Source of the DNA: Candidatus Hydrogenedentota bacterium
GTDB taxonomy: Bacteria > Hydrogenedentota > Hydrogenedentia > Hydrogenedentales > SLHB01
Length of the DNA stretch: 44,009 nucleotides
Direction of reading: 5' to 3'
Assembly: GCA_029974275.1 (NCBI GenBank)
Contig: JARKSN010000098.1
Span: 1 to 44,009, forward strand
In this document: positions 17,636 through 27,594 of the stretch, in pieces
How positions within the stretch are numbered: position 1 is the first letter of the stretch
How the letters are laid out: each line of letters opens with the position of its first letter
Program-made: the position numbers and the translations under genes
The notes under the pieces: model-generated
What the model saw: the letters and a program-made list of their open reading frames with translations, nothing else
Databases searched by the model: none
What the model was told of the DNA's origin: nothing

Positions 17636-18259
17636 ATGACTACAGTGACGCAGACAATGGCGGAAGTGTCCAGAACGCGCTCGTGCGAGTTTGAAAAGCA
17701 GGTCATGGACCATATGGACATGATGTATGCCGTCGCGCTCCGTTTGACCCGAAACGCCACGGAAGCGCAGGACCTTACCCAAAACACCATCGTCAAAGCG
17801 TTGCGGTTTCATGATAAATTCGAGGAAGGCACGTATATCAAGGCTTGGCTTCTAACCATCCTGCGCAATACCTTCATCAACGAGTACCGGCGAAAAGTCC
17901 GTCGGCCCATGTTTGTCGAACTGAGCGGCAGCGAGCCCTCCACCGACACTCCGCCCGATCCGGAATTGAACTATCATCCAACTGATCTCAACGTCAGCAG
18001 CCTGCTCGAACTGGTTGACGACGAGGTGAAGGAAGCCATCGAATCGCTGCCCGAGGATTTCCGGAACGCCGTCATCATGGCGGACATCGAAGACATGGCC
18101 TACAAGGAAATCGCGGTCGTTATGCATTGCCCGCTGGGCACGGTCATGTCCCGGCTGTACCGGGGGCGCAAGCTGCTTCGCGACAAGCTGCATCATTACG
18201 CGAAGGACCGCCGCCTCATTGCGGATGACGGCGCGATCGAGAATCAGCCGGCTTCCTGA
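17636..18259 (+). CDS. ECF RNA polymerase sigma factor (SigH/SigR-like)
   Basis: Region 2 ALRLTRNATEAQDLTQ...KAWLLTILRNTFINEYR and region 4 YKEIA...PLGTVMSRLYRGR. The start is 17636, 17657 or slightly later. Confidence 0.92.
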   Translation: MTTVTQTMAEVSRTRSCEFEKQVMDHMDMMYAVALRLTRNATEAQDLTQNTIVKALRFHDKFEEGTYIKAWLLTILRNTFINEYRRKVRRPMFVELSGSEPSTDTPPDPELNYHPTDLNVSSLLELVDDEVKEAIESLPEDFRNAVIMADIEDMAYKEIAVVMHCPLGTVMSRLYRGRKLLRDKLHHYAKDRRLIADDGAIENQPAS

Positions 18260-18392
18260 CAGCGACGAGGACTCGTCAATAGGACTTTGCATCCAAGCAT
18301 CGGCGGATTTTGCTCGCTGCGAGCGCGGTTGTTTCATGCGAACCCATGTCGCCGCGCCGTCACGTGCACACAAAAATGGGCAGGGGGGGGGC

Positions 18393-19361
18393 ATGCTGAA
18401 ACTTGGGGCCTTGCTGTTGGGGGGAATGGCCGCATGGGGAAGCGCCACGGCGGACATGGAAATGTCGCGCCCGCACATCCGCAAACTCGGCACGATCGAC
18501 TGCGATCTGGTCGAGACGACCCCCGTCATGCACCGCGGGCGCCTGTACCGGTTTGAGTACGTTCGCGCGGGGTATGCGCCGAATGCGACGGGCGACTCCT
18601 ACTTCCGTTTTGTCGACGTCGAAACGGGCGCCGCGACGCCGGCGTTCGCACAGGGATATCATCTGGGAAGCGCATTCGTCGCACGGGGGAAAATGCACGT
18701 GTTCGGAGTTCCCGCATGGGGTGCGTCGAGCATATCGCGCTTCGTCTGCTCCGATCGGGAACTCAACGCCTGGACCCGCGAAACGATTCTGGACCTTCCC
18801 GGCTGGACCATCTTCAACACATCGGTGTGCAAAGGGCGCGACGGATATGTGTTGGCGTTTGAAATCGGGGAGCCGGCGGAAGAGACCGGCGTTCCCTTCA
18901 CCATCCGGTTCGCTGTCTCCCAAGACCTGAAAACATGGCAGCTGACCCCAAGCGATCGGGTCTTTACGCGGGAACGCTATTCGGCCTGTCCTTCCATCCG
19001 ATATGTGAATGGCCATTACTACATGATCTACCTGGAACAATACCCCGGACCAACATACAACCCATGCATTGTGCGCACCAGAGACTTGATCGCATGGGAA
19101 AGCAGTCCGCTCAATCCGATCATGCGATACTCGGACGATGATCGGACGATTGCCAATCCCAGACTTTCCGAGAGAGAATGCGCTCACATCGCCCAATCCC
19201 AAAACATCAACAACTCCGACGTCGATTTGTGCGAATACAAAGGCGCAACCTATATCGTCTACTCCTGGGGAGACCAGCAAGGCACGGAATTTCTGGCCGA
19301 GGCAAGACACCAGGGGCGGTTGAAGGATTTTCTGCCGGACTGGTTCCCGAGGAACAAATAA
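18393..19361 (+). CDS. Secreted hypothetical protein, probable five-bladed beta-propeller (glycoside-hydrolase-like)
   Basis: Signal peptide, ETTPV, Asp-box-like SQDLKTW and TRDLIAW, SACPSI and NNSDVD. Confidence 0.6.
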   Translation: MLKLGALLLGGMAAWGSATADMEMSRPHIRKLGTIDCDLVETTPVMHRGRLYRFEYVRAGYAPNATGDSYFRFVDVETGAATPAFAQGYHLGSAFVARGKMHVFGVPAWGASSISRFVCSDRELNAWTRETILDLPGWTIFNTSVCKGRDGYVLAFEIGEPAEETGVPFTIRFAVSQDLKTWQLTPSDRVFTRERYSACPSIRYVNGHYYMIYLEQYPGPTYNPCIVRTRDLIAWESSPLNPIMRYSDDDRTIANPRLSERECAHIAQSQNINNSDVDLCEYKGATYIVYSWGDQQGTEFLAEARHQGRLKDFLPDWFPRNK

Positions 19362-19394
19362 TCGCAACGTTTGGGCAGAGCGATTATCCCCAAC

Positions 19395-19850
19395 ATGGCA
19401 TACAAATACAGACGCGCCGGCCGCCGTCCCGGCTCCATCGAGAACTGTTCGAGCCTGCGGCCATGGACCAGAGAACCGTCCGATCGCATGGCCCTGCGGC
19501 GCGCGCGCGTCATGGCGATTGCCCTGCCGTTAGTCGCGGCGCTGACGCTTCTTGTCGTCTGGCTCATGCCGGAAATTCCTTTCTGGAGACAGCCGACGCA
19601 GCGCGGGGCGGCGCGCGTGTGCGGCAAAACGGTCGTAGGAGCGGGGGCGAACGCGCACTATTCGGTGACGTTGGAAGTCGTTTTGACCGATGCTCGGCGG
19701 TTGCGGGGCGATTGTCGCGTCACCGAAACGGAGTGGGACCGTCTTGCGATCAACGCGTTGGCGCAGGCCGAATATGTCCTGAGCGCCCGAGGAACATCCA
19801 TGCGAATAAAGCGGATGCTTCCGGAACCGGCCTTGGACGCTTCTCCATGA
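19395..19850 (+). CDS. Hypothetical single-TM protein with a beta-rich (OB-like) soluble domain
   Basis: Fills the gap between co-oriented genes and has one hydrophobic helix (AIALPLVAALTLLVVWL). The start is uncertain. Confidence 0.5.
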   Translation: MAYKYRRAGRRPGSIENCSSLRPWTREPSDRMALRRARVMAIALPLVAALTLLVVWLMPEIPFWRQPTQRGAARVCGKTVVGAGANAHYSVTLEVVLTDARRLRGDCRVTETEWDRLAINALAQAEYVLSARGTSMRIKRMLPEPALDASP

Positions 19851-19951
19851 ATCGAGATGGCCGCCGCGATTTTTTTGAAGGATATCCTTGTCGGGTATGA
19901 TGGGGGCGCTATGTGCTGCATGCCGGACAACGCGCAATCAAGGAGACGCGC

Positions 19952-22900
19952 ATGAACGAAACATCGCCCGATGAATCGGCGTGGAACCAACTTTCATGTC
20001 GTCGGGGGTTCTGGGCGCTTGTCGTAACCCAATTTCAGGGGGCGTTCAACGACAACCTGTTGAAAATGACCGTCTTGCTCTTTCTGCCCTCATTGCTGAC
20101 CCGGTCGGATTTTCCGGTTACGGCAGTCACGACAGGACTTTTCTACCTTCCCTACCTTCTCTTTCCCGCGCTTGTGGGGGCGCTTGCCGATCGCTACAGC
20201 AAACAGCGGATTATCGTCGCCGCGAAATACATGGAAGGCCTCATCATGGCGCTGGGGCTGCTGGCGTTTCTCTCGGAAAACGCCGGATTCATATTCGCCG
20301 TTCTTTTCCTGATGGCAACCCAGAGCGCCTTCTTCAGTCCGGCCAAATATGGCATTCTTCCCGAGATATTGCCGGAATCGCGTCTTTCCTGGGGCAATGG
20401 CTCCATTCAACTGTGGACCTTCGTTTCCATCATCACCGGCACCGCGGTGGCCAGCCCGTTGATGGCCCTCCTCGGCAACGACCGCATCTACCTCATGTCC
20501 GTGGTTCTTGCGGTCCTTTCGGCGGGCGGGATCGTCTCTGCTCACTTTGTGACGCGTCCGCCTGCGGCGGCGCCGGGTCGTGCCATTCCCCTGTCGCCGT
20601 GGACAGAAATGGGCGACTACTTCCGGTTGTTCCGGCAAGACCGTTGGCTTCTTCTCACCATGATTGGAATTGCGTATTTCTGGTTCGCGGGATCGTTGGC
20701 CATGTCCACCATCATCGAACTCGGAAAAGAATACAACATGCCGAAGTGGACCAGTCTGCTGCCTGCAGGGCTCGCGCTAGGCATCGGATTGGGCAGCGCG
20801 TCGGCCGGCTTTTTGTCGCGTGGCAAGATCGAAGCCGGACTCATTCCCCTGGGAGCGCTGGGACTCTCCATCATGAGCGCCGCGCTTGCATTGCCGGGAT
20901 ATGGATTCGCCGTCGCCATGCTTCTGCTATTCCTGCTGGGCTTTTTCGGCGGACTGTATGACGTGCCGCTCGCCGCCGCTCTCCAGGCGCGCAGTCCCAG
21001 CCGCGTCAAGGGCGGCATGATTGCCACATCGAACTTCGTGACCTTCGCGGCAATGTTTCTATCCTCCGGCCTATTCTTCCTCCTGTTCAACGTTCTTCAC
21101 CTCTCGCCCCGGGCCATCTTCCTTGTATCCGCGCTGCTTACGCTTTGCGTGAGCGTCTACCTCTGCACGCTGTTACCGGTGTTTCTACTGCGACTTTTGT
21201 TGTGGGTGTTGGGCAACACTTTTTATCGCGTCAACGTCATGGGGCGCGCCAACATGCCGCAGCGCGGCGGCGCTCTGTTGGTGGCCAACCATACCGCCTT
21301 CGTCGACGCCCTCGTGCTGACGGCTTCCACCGATCGCCCCATCCGTTTCCTGATGGCGCAGGAGATATTCGAGATCCCCTGGGTGCGCCCTCTCGCCAAG
21401 GCCATGCAGGCGATACCCGTGTCGGCGACGGAGGGCCCGCGCGATCTCATCAACGCGCTTCGCGCCGCCACACAAGCCATCCAGAACGGCGAACTCGTCT
21501 GCATCTTCGCCGAAGGCCAGATTTCGCGCACGGGCCAGATGTTGCCGTTCCGCAAAGGCTTCGAGCGCATCATGAAGGGCGTTGATGCGCCCATTATCCC
21601 CGTGCACATCGGGCGGATGTGGGGCAGCATCTTCAGCTACGACAAGGGAAAGTTTTTCTGGAAGATTCCGCGTCAGGTTCCCTATCCGGTCACGGTCAAC
21701 TACGGCGATCCCATGCCTCCAACCGCGGACGCCTCCGCCGTGCGTCACGCCATCATGGAACTCGGCAGCGAGGCGTATTGTCGACGCGACCTCGGTCAGC
21801 CGCTGGTGCACCGCGCTTTTGTGCGGACAGTGCGCCAACACCCGTTCCGCCTGTGCATGGCCGACATGAACGTTCCGCGCCTCTCCTACTTCAAGACCTA
21901 CGTCGGCAGTCTCGTGTTTGCGTTCAAGCTCAAGAAGCTTCTCGACGAACAGCCGATGGTCGGCGTGCTTGTGCCGCCGTCCGTGGGCGGAGCGTTGACC
22001 AATATTGCGCTCCAGTTCATGGGCAAAACGCCCGTCAATCTCAACTACACCGTGTCCGCCGACGTCATGGCAAACGCCGCCCGGCAGTGCGCCATCACGA
22101 AGGTCATCACCTCCCGCGCTTTCCTCGAAAAGCTGCCGCTCGAAGTCCCCGGCGAATCCATCTACCTCGAAGACGTGCGCGAGACCGTCGCCGGGCTCGA
22201 TCGCATCAAGGCGATGCTGCTGGCGGCGTTCCTTCCCGTTCGGCTTATCGAGCGCATGCTCGGCGCGCCCAAGCGGCGCAGCCAGGACGATCTCGCCACC
22301 ATCATCTTTTCGAGCGGCAGTGAAGGCGATCCCAAGGGCGTCATGCTCACGCATTTCAACATATCGAGCGACATCGAGTCCTGTTTGCAGGTGTTTCCGC
22401 ACAAAGTCGGCTACGGCATGACCGGCATTCTCCCGTTCTTCCATTCCTTCGGGTTCACGGGAACGCTCTGGCTGCCGCTGCATGCTGGATTCTTCACGGT
22501 GTTTTATCCCAGCCCGCTGGATGCCAAAGCGATCGGCGGCCTGATCGGCAGGTACAGGCCGCAATTTCTGATTTCCACGCCGACGTTTCTGCAAAACTTC
22601 ATCCGCCGCTGCCTTCCCGAAGAATTCAGCAGCCTGATGTATGTGATCGTCGGCGCCGAAAAACTCACCACGCGCGTGCGCGAAGCTTTTCGCGCGCGCT
22701 TCGGTATCGAGCCCCTCGAAGGATACGGCGCGACCGAATGCGCCCCGGTCATCTCGGTCAACGTTCCGGATTTCCGTGTCGCGGGATACTACCAAATCGG
22801 CGTTAAGCACGGCACGGTGGGCCATCCCATCCCGGGCGTGAGCGTGCGGGTCGTCGATCCCGACACCGGATCGCCTCTCGAAGAAGGCCTGCCGGGGCTG

Positions 22901-23374
22901 TTGTTTGTGAAGGGTCCCAACGTGATGAAGGGGTACCTCAACAATCCCCAGAAGACCGAGGCCGTATTGAGGGATGCCTGGTACAACACCGGCGACATCG
23001 CCACGATCGACGACGACGGCTTCATCACGATCACGGATCGCTTGGCGCGATTCAGCAAAATCGGCGGCGAGATGGTGCCGCATAACAAAATCGAGGACTC
23101 GCTGCACAGCATGCTCGGACTGACCGAACAGGCGCTGTGCGTGGTGGGCGTTCCGGACGAGGCCAAGGGAGAACGCCTCGTTGTGCTGCATACGCTCGAT
23201 GACGACCAGTACGACCGCCTCATGGCCAGCCTTGACCAAATCGGACTTCCCAAGCTCTGGGCGCCCAAACCCAGCGCGTTCTACCGCATCGAGGCCATTC
23301 CCGTCATGGGTTCCGGCAAGGTGGACATTAAAAGCCTCAAGCGCACTGCTCTCGAACTCGATCTTGGCGAGTGA
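19952..23374 (+). CDS. aas: MFS (LplT-like) + PlsC acyltransferase + acyl-ACP synthetase fusion (acyl-[ACP]--phospholipid O-acyltransferase)
   Basis: TQFQGAFNDN, GALADRYSK, QSAFFSPAKYGILPE; NHTAFVD and FAEG; FSSGSEGDPKG, EGYGATE and WYNTGD. AAGGAG RBS before ATG 19952. Confidence 0.9.
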   Translation: MNETSPDESAWNQLSCRRGFWALVVTQFQGAFNDNLLKMTVLLFLPSLLTRSDFPVTAVTTGLFYLPYLLFPALVGALADRYSKQRIIVAAKYMEGLIMALGLLAFLSENAGFIFAVLFLMATQSAFFSPAKYGILPEILPESRLSWGNGSIQLWTFVSIITGTAVASPLMALLGNDRIYLMSVVLAVLSAGGIVSAHFVTRPPAAAPGRAIPLSPWTEMGDYFRLFRQDRWLLLTMIGIAYFWFAGSLAMSTIIELGKEYNMPKWTSLLPAGLALGIGLGSASAGFLSRGKIEAGLIPLGALGLSIMSAALALPGYGFAVAMLLLFLLGFFGGLYDVPLAAALQARSPSRVKGGMIATSNFVTFAAMFLSSGLFFLLFNVLHLSPRAIFLVSALLTLCVSVYLCTLLPVFLLRLLLWVLGNTFYRVNVMGRANMPQRGGALLVANHTAFVDALVLTASTDRPIRFLMAQEIFEIPWVRPLAKAMQAIPVSATEGPRDLINALRAATQAIQNGELVCIFAEGQISRTGQMLPFRKGFERIMKGVDAPIIPVHIGRMWGSIFSYDKGKFFWKIPRQVPYPVTVNYGDPMPPTADASAVRHAIMELGSEAYCRRDLGQPLVHRAFVRTVRQHPFRLCMADMNVPRLSYFKTYVGSLVFAFKLKKLLDEQPMVGVLVPPSVGGALTNIALQFMGKTPVNLNYTVSADVMANAARQCAITKVITSRAFLEKLPLEVPGESIYLEDVRETVAGLDRIKAMLLAAFLPVRLIERMLGAPKRRSQDDLATIIFSSGSEGDPKGVMLTHFNISSDIESCLQVFPHKVGYGMTGILPFFHSFGFTGTLWLPLHAGFFTVFYPSPLDAKAIGGLIGRYRPQFLISTPTFLQNFIRRCLPEEFSSLMYVIVGAEKLTTRVREAFRARFGIEPLEGYGATECAPVISVNVPDFRVAGYYQIGVKHGTVGHPIPGVSVRVVDPDTGSPLEEGLPGLLFVKGPNVMKGYLNNPQKTEAVLRDAWYNTGDIATIDDDGFITITDRLARFSKIGGEMVPHNKIEDSLHSMLGLTEQALCVVGVPDEAKGERLVVLHTLDDDQYDRLMASLDQIGLPKLWAPKPSAFYRIEAIPVMGSGKVDIKSLKRTALELDLGE

Positions 23375-23411
23375 CATGGCCGGCGCGCGGTGGGTGGGGA
23401 AAGGAATTCGC

Positions 23412-24320
23412 ATGCATTGGCTGGCGGCGATGCTTGTTGCGCTTGCGGTTGCCCTGCCCGGATACCGCATGGGCGCGAAGATCGGCGTCGACTATGAAGT
23501 CCGCCATGCGCCGCGAACCGCCTCGGGATATATCGTTGGCGCGGAACCGCGCGACCTCGGTCCAGCCGACGCCCCTCGGGCTGCGCTGTTCGTGCATGGG
23601 TTTGTCGGCGGCGGCAACAATTTCGGCGATTTGCCCGACCGCTTGGCCGCACAAGGTTGGCGCGTGCGGGTGATGTGTTTGCCGGGACACGGGATCGATC
23701 CCCGCGACTTCGAGCAGTGCACGCCGGACGAACTTGTGTCGGCGGTGATTGCCGAGGCGGATGCTTTGCGCGCCGACCATGGCGCGGTGATGCTTGTCGG
23801 CCATTCAATGGGCGGCGCGTTGTGCACGCTGGCGGCGGCGCAGGGCAAGGCCGATGCTTTGGCGCTCGGTGCGCCGTATTTCGGCGTCACGCACCATTGG
23901 TACTACGGATTGCGCGCGGAGACCTGGGCGCGGGTTGCTTGTCCATTGCTGCGCTGGACCTATAAGGGAAAAGCCCTTGTCCAGGTGAACCGAGAAGAAG
24001 CCAAGGCGCAGATCATGAGCTACCGCTGGGTTCCTTTGCGCGGGGCGGTCACGCTCGCGAAGATCGGCAGACGCGCCTCTTCTCCTGAAACCTTGCGGCG
24101 GGTGACGTGCCCCGTCCTGGTTATCCATTCACACGGCGATGTTGCGGCCTCGCCGGAAGCGTGCACGCGCGCCTTTGAAGCCATCGCCGCCCAACAAAAG
24201 CAATTCGTCTGGGCCGACCGATCCAACCATCATGTCTTTGTCGACTACGACCGCGAACAAGTGATTGCCGCCATCGAATCCTTTGCGAAAACCGTTCCGT
24301 CGCACGGCTCCGCTTCGTAG
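23412..24320 (+). CDS. Exported alpha/beta hydrolase (carboxylesterase/lysophospholipase-like)
   Basis: HGFVG oxyanion motif, LPGHG, GHSMGG, HSHGD and SNHH. The start is 23412 (AAGGA RBS) or 23376. Confidence 0.8.
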   Translation: MHWLAAMLVALAVALPGYRMGAKIGVDYEVRHAPRTASGYIVGAEPRDLGPADAPRAALFVHGFVGGGNNFGDLPDRLAAQGWRVRVMCLPGHGIDPRDFEQCTPDELVSAVIAEADALRADHGAVMLVGHSMGGALCTLAAAQGKADALALGAPYFGVTHHWYYGLRAETWARVACPLLRWTYKGKALVQVNREEAKAQIMSYRWVPLRGAVTLAKIGRRASSPETLRRVTCPVLVIHSHGDVAASPEACTRAFEAIAAQQKQFVWADRSNHHVFVDYDREQVIAAIESFAKTVPSHGSAS

Positions 24321-24404
24321 CAAAACCGTCGAGACCGCGTCTCTATTTCTGGGTGTCACAGGCGCGATGCGTCTGGGAGACAGGCATGCATCATTCCGAT
24401 CGAA

Positions 24405-25532
24405 CTATGCCTCAGGCGCATCATCGCTTCGCGTCGATCGGAACTTGCGCACTTCCGTCCGGACCGCCTCGAGGTGACGACGTTCCGCGGTGGCCATGAG
24501 CACCACGACAATGACGACCACGGAAAGCCCTTGAGCGAGCGCCAAGGCTGTGTCGAGCGCGCTGCGGCTATTGCTCAAGAGAATGCCCGATACGCCCAGC
24601 ACAAACGCGATCAGGTAAATGAACAACACGGCCTTGCGCTGCGAAAACCCGATCCACATCAGGCGATGGGAAAGGTGATCCAGGGCGCAATGCTCAATCA
24701 CTTGCCGGATCGTCCTCGTTTCGCCGCGCAACACTCGGGCGACGAGTATGTAGGCAAAGTCAAACACCGGAACGCCCAGAATCAACACGGGAATTGCCGT
24801 GGAACTGATGCGGTGTTCAGACCATTCCCCCATCACCCCCAGAGCCGACAGAATGAAACCCAAGAAAAAACTGCCCGAGTCGCCCATGAAGACGCGGGCA
24901 GGGCGGAAGTTGAACAGCAAGAAACCCAGGTTTGCGCCAATCAGCGCCGCCGCCATCATCCCGAACCACGACAGACTCGTCTCCGTGCCCGCGCGCAGGT
25001 AGGCCTGCACCGCGATAACAAGATACATGACCGCCACGATGATCGCCGTCCCCGAAGCAAGACCGTCCATGTTATCCAGTGCATTGAAGGCGCTGGTCAC
25101 GCCCACGATCCATAGCAACGTGAGCGCAAAATCCACGGGATAATATCCCGCAAGTTTCAACACGACGCCATAGCGCGACAGCACCGCCGTCACGATTGCC
25201 AACGTTAGAAACTTCCAAACGGCCGGAATGCCGCCCCGGAGATCATCAATCGCCCCCACCAAGAGACAAACGAACGCGCCAATCATCACGCCTTTCATGG
25301 GCGTGCTGAAATAGTGCGGACGCAGCGCCGCCACGGCGAACGCCACAAACATCACAACGCCGCCGCCCCGCGGAACAGGCAGCGCGTGCAACTTCTCGTT
25401 GCTGACCTTGTCGATCACCCCGAAACGGCGAAGAGACCAAATGGCGATCGGCATCGACAACGCGGAAATCGCAAACGCCAGACATCCCGTCTCGATCCAC
25501 GTGCGTGGCCAATAGTGCAGTTGTCCGAGCAT
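24405..25532 (-). CDS. WecA/TagO-like undecaprenyl-phosphate sugar-1-phosphate transferase (GT4/MraY family)
   Basis: PRGGG, GAIDD, NALDNMDGLA, FMGDSGS and DHLSHRL; 375 aa, polytopic. Confidence 0.9.
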   Translation of the reverse strand: MLGQLHYWPRTWIETGCLAFAISALSMPIAIWSLRRFGVIDKVSNEKLHALPVPRGGGVVMFVAFAVAALRPHYFSTPMKGVMIGAFVCLLVGAIDDLRGGIPAVWKFLTLAIVTAVLSRYGVVLKLAGYYPVDFALTLLWIVGVTSAFNALDNMDGLASGTAIIVAVMYLVIAVQAYLRAGTETSLSWFGMMAAALIGANLGFLLFNFRPARVFMGDSGSFFLGFILSALGVMGEWSEHRISSTAIPVLILGVPVFDFAYILVARVLRGETRTIRQVIEHCALDHLSHRLMWIGFSQRKAVLFIYLIAFVLGVSGILLSNSRSALDTALALAQGLSVVVIVVVLMATAERRHLEAVRTEVRKFRSTRSDDAPEA

Positions 25533-25642
25533 CTCGCCTCTCCTTCGGTGGTATTGCGCGCGGATTCTAGCCCGCTCTCCTCGGAGCGTGCAAGAAAACG
25601 TCGGAAGAAAGGCGTCCCCTAGAGCGTTTGTGGAACGGCAAC

Positions 25643-26329
25643 TCAGCGGTTGGGACCGAGCAACGTTCGTAGCGAACGCCCGCCGCGATTCATCAGGAGA
25701 TCGACGATGGAGAGATCGGGCTCGAACGCGCCGTGAAGCTGCGGATAGACCGGCGATTCCCAATGTTGTATCTCGAGCGAGATGCCGCTGTCTCGCAAGG
25801 CGTTCGCGTCGAGGTAGGCGTCGGTGGCATAGGCCCCGCTGTAGTAGCGCGTGCCGCCGACGGTTTTGATGAGATGGATGAGCCGTTCGGTTGCCGATCC
25901 GGGCGCGTCAAGCTGGGACGCATACACGACGCGGGTTTCGATGCCGAGCGCCTTGAGAAAGTCCGCCAGCATGAACTTGTTGAGTTCATTGAGCAGCGTC
26001 CAAGGTCGATCGTACGCCGCGCGCAGCATGTCCCAGTAGCGGACGAAGTAGGGCGCTTTGCGGTACGCCTGCTCGATGGAGCGCGCGTGTTTGAGGCGCC
26101 AAGGCTCCGATTCGCGGACGGCGACGGTTTCGATGGCTTGCCCCAGGTTCGCGTGAACGGGAACGGTCAACAAAAGCGGGCCGTTGGCCGTCTTGATCCG
26201 GTTCCGGTTCTGCCAGCCGTTTTTGTTGTACTGAACCGTGTCGAGCGCGATAAAAACATCCACCCGCGCGATCTTTTCAAAATAGCGCAGCCACGGAAGA
26301 TAATGGGGTTGATGAATTCCGACTAACAT
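25643..26329 (-). CDS. WbqC-family protein
   Basis: IHQPHYLPWLRYF, DTVQY, WQNRNRI, YRKAPYF and LSIVDLLMN. Confidence 0.9.
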   Translation of the reverse strand: MLVGIHQPHYLPWLRYFEKIARVDVFIALDTVQYNKNGWQNRNRIKTANGPLLLTVPVHANLGQAIETVAVRESEPWRLKHARSIEQAYRKAPYFVRYWDMLRAAYDRPWTLLNELNKFMLADFLKALGIETRVVYASQLDAPGSATERLIHLIKTVGGTRYYSGAYATDAYLDANALRDSGISLEIQHWESPVYPQLHGAFEPDLSIVDLLMNRGGRSLRTLLGPNR

Positions 26330-26366
26330 GCCTGCCGGCCCTGGTCCCCCTCTCTTGCCGCGCCGC

Positions 26367-26561
26367 CTACCGAATATCCGCGTCGAACCATTTCACGAAG
26401 GCCATCATGCCGCGGGCTTTCTTGAGCATTGTGGCCTTCAAGCCGCGTTCACGAAGCTTCTCCTTCGCTTCGTGACGCGAACGCGCGACGACGACGCCCC
26501 CGACAAACGACTTCTCTTCATCGCCCTCCGCGCGGATAGCGTGGTACTCATAGGTTGGCAT
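26367..26561 (-). CDS. 64-aa protein resembling the N-terminal subdomain of PilC/GspF
   Basis: MPTYEYHAIRAEG...GVVVARSRHEAKEKLRERGL with a strong GGAGGT RBS; co-oriented within the cluster. Confidence 0.7.
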   Translation of the reverse strand: MPTYEYHAIRAEGDEEKSFVGGVVVARSRHEAKEKLRERGLKATMLKKARGMMAFVKWFDADIR

Positions 26562-26658
26562 CGGCACACCTCCCGCCGCGCCGCGCGAACGACGTCCCGT
26601 CTTCGCGCCGCATGCGGCCGTTTCCATCCGCCGCGCGCTTCATATCGTCAGGATCCCT

Positions 26659-27594
26659 CTATCCCTCATCCTCGATTCCAGGACGCCACGCCAAAGCCCG
26701 GGCCTTTCCCTGTCGCTTGGCGGCATACATGGCGCTGTCGGCGCGGGCGCACAACGCGGCAAGCTCGTTGGCGTCGCGCGGCGCCTCGGCCACGCCGGCG
26801 CTAAAGGTCATCTGCCGGGCCTCAGGCCCCACCGTCGTGACAAAGCGCTGCTGCATGCGCCGGACGACGTACAGAGCCTCTGTCTCGGGAGTTTCGGGGA
26901 AGTACGCCATGAATTCCTCGCCGCCGTATCGTCCGACGATATCCACGCTGCGGCTGTTCTGTTTCAGCGTAGCCGCCAATTCCCGGAGAACGCGGTCCCC
27001 CTCGGCATGTCCGAACGAGTCATTGACCCACTTGAAATTGTCGATATCGAGAAACACCAGCGAACCGACGCTGGGATAACGCCGGATGCGTTCCAATTCC
27101 CGAGCCACCTCGGTGTCCAGCGTTTGCCGGTTCAACAGCTGAGTCAGCGGATCGATGCGCGAGACGCGCGCGAACTTCTCGCGCCGGTCCAGCACAATTT
27201 GCACCCGCGTCACCAACACGCTGGGATCGAAAGGCTTTGTGATGTACTCGTCCGCTCCGGATCGCAACCCCCGGATCTGGTCTTCGGCCATGGTCTTGGC
27301 TGTGAGAAACACGAACGCAATGTCGCGCAACACCGGATCGCGCGCCATTTCCTCCCGGAACGCAAAACCGTCCAACATCGGGATCATCACATCGCAAATG
27401 ATCGCGTCGACATGGTGTTGACGCACCATCCGGAGGGCTTCCACGCCGTCGGACGAGCACAGAACGTCAAACCCAGCCTCGGCGAGGTTGTAGGATAGCA
27501 GCTCGACGGTGTGGGGATCGTCTTCGATCAGAAGGACCGTGTACCGACGCGCAGGATGTTCCTGTTCAGGATTGAAGGACTTCGTTTCCGTCAT
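26659..27594 (-). CDS. Response-regulator diguanylate cyclase (REC-GGDEF)
   Basis: REC domain (IEDD, CDVMIP, FLTAK, TKPF) and GGDEF domain (DIDNFKWVNDSFGHAEGD, RSVD I-site, RYGGEEF, ADSAMYAAK). Confidence 0.94.
   Translation of the reverse strand: MTETKSFNPEQEHPARRYTVLLIEDDPHTVELLSYNLAEAGFDVLCSSDGVEALRMVRQHHVDAIICDVMIPMLDGFAFREEMARDPVLRDIAFVFLTAKTMAEDQIRGLRSGADEYITKPFDPSVLVTRVQIVLDRREKFARVSRIDPLTQLLNRQTLDTEVARELERIRRYPSVGSLVFLDIDNFKWVNDSFGHAEGDRVLRELAATLKQNSRSVDIVGRYGGEEFMAYFPETPETEALYVVRRMQQRFVTTVGPEARQMTFSAGVAEAPRDANELAALCARADSAMYAAKRQGKARALAWRPGIEDEG

Noticed and set aside
16691..17812. Apparent long N-terminal extensions and overlap of the ECF sigma (522 aa) and GT-C (661 aa) ORFs
   Set aside because: These are open-frame run-ons. 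Family similarity begins near 17636 (+) and 17332 (-), with a clear promoter between them.
21185..23470. 761-aa minus-strand ORF
   Set aside because: It is the antisense shadow of the Aas fusion gene.
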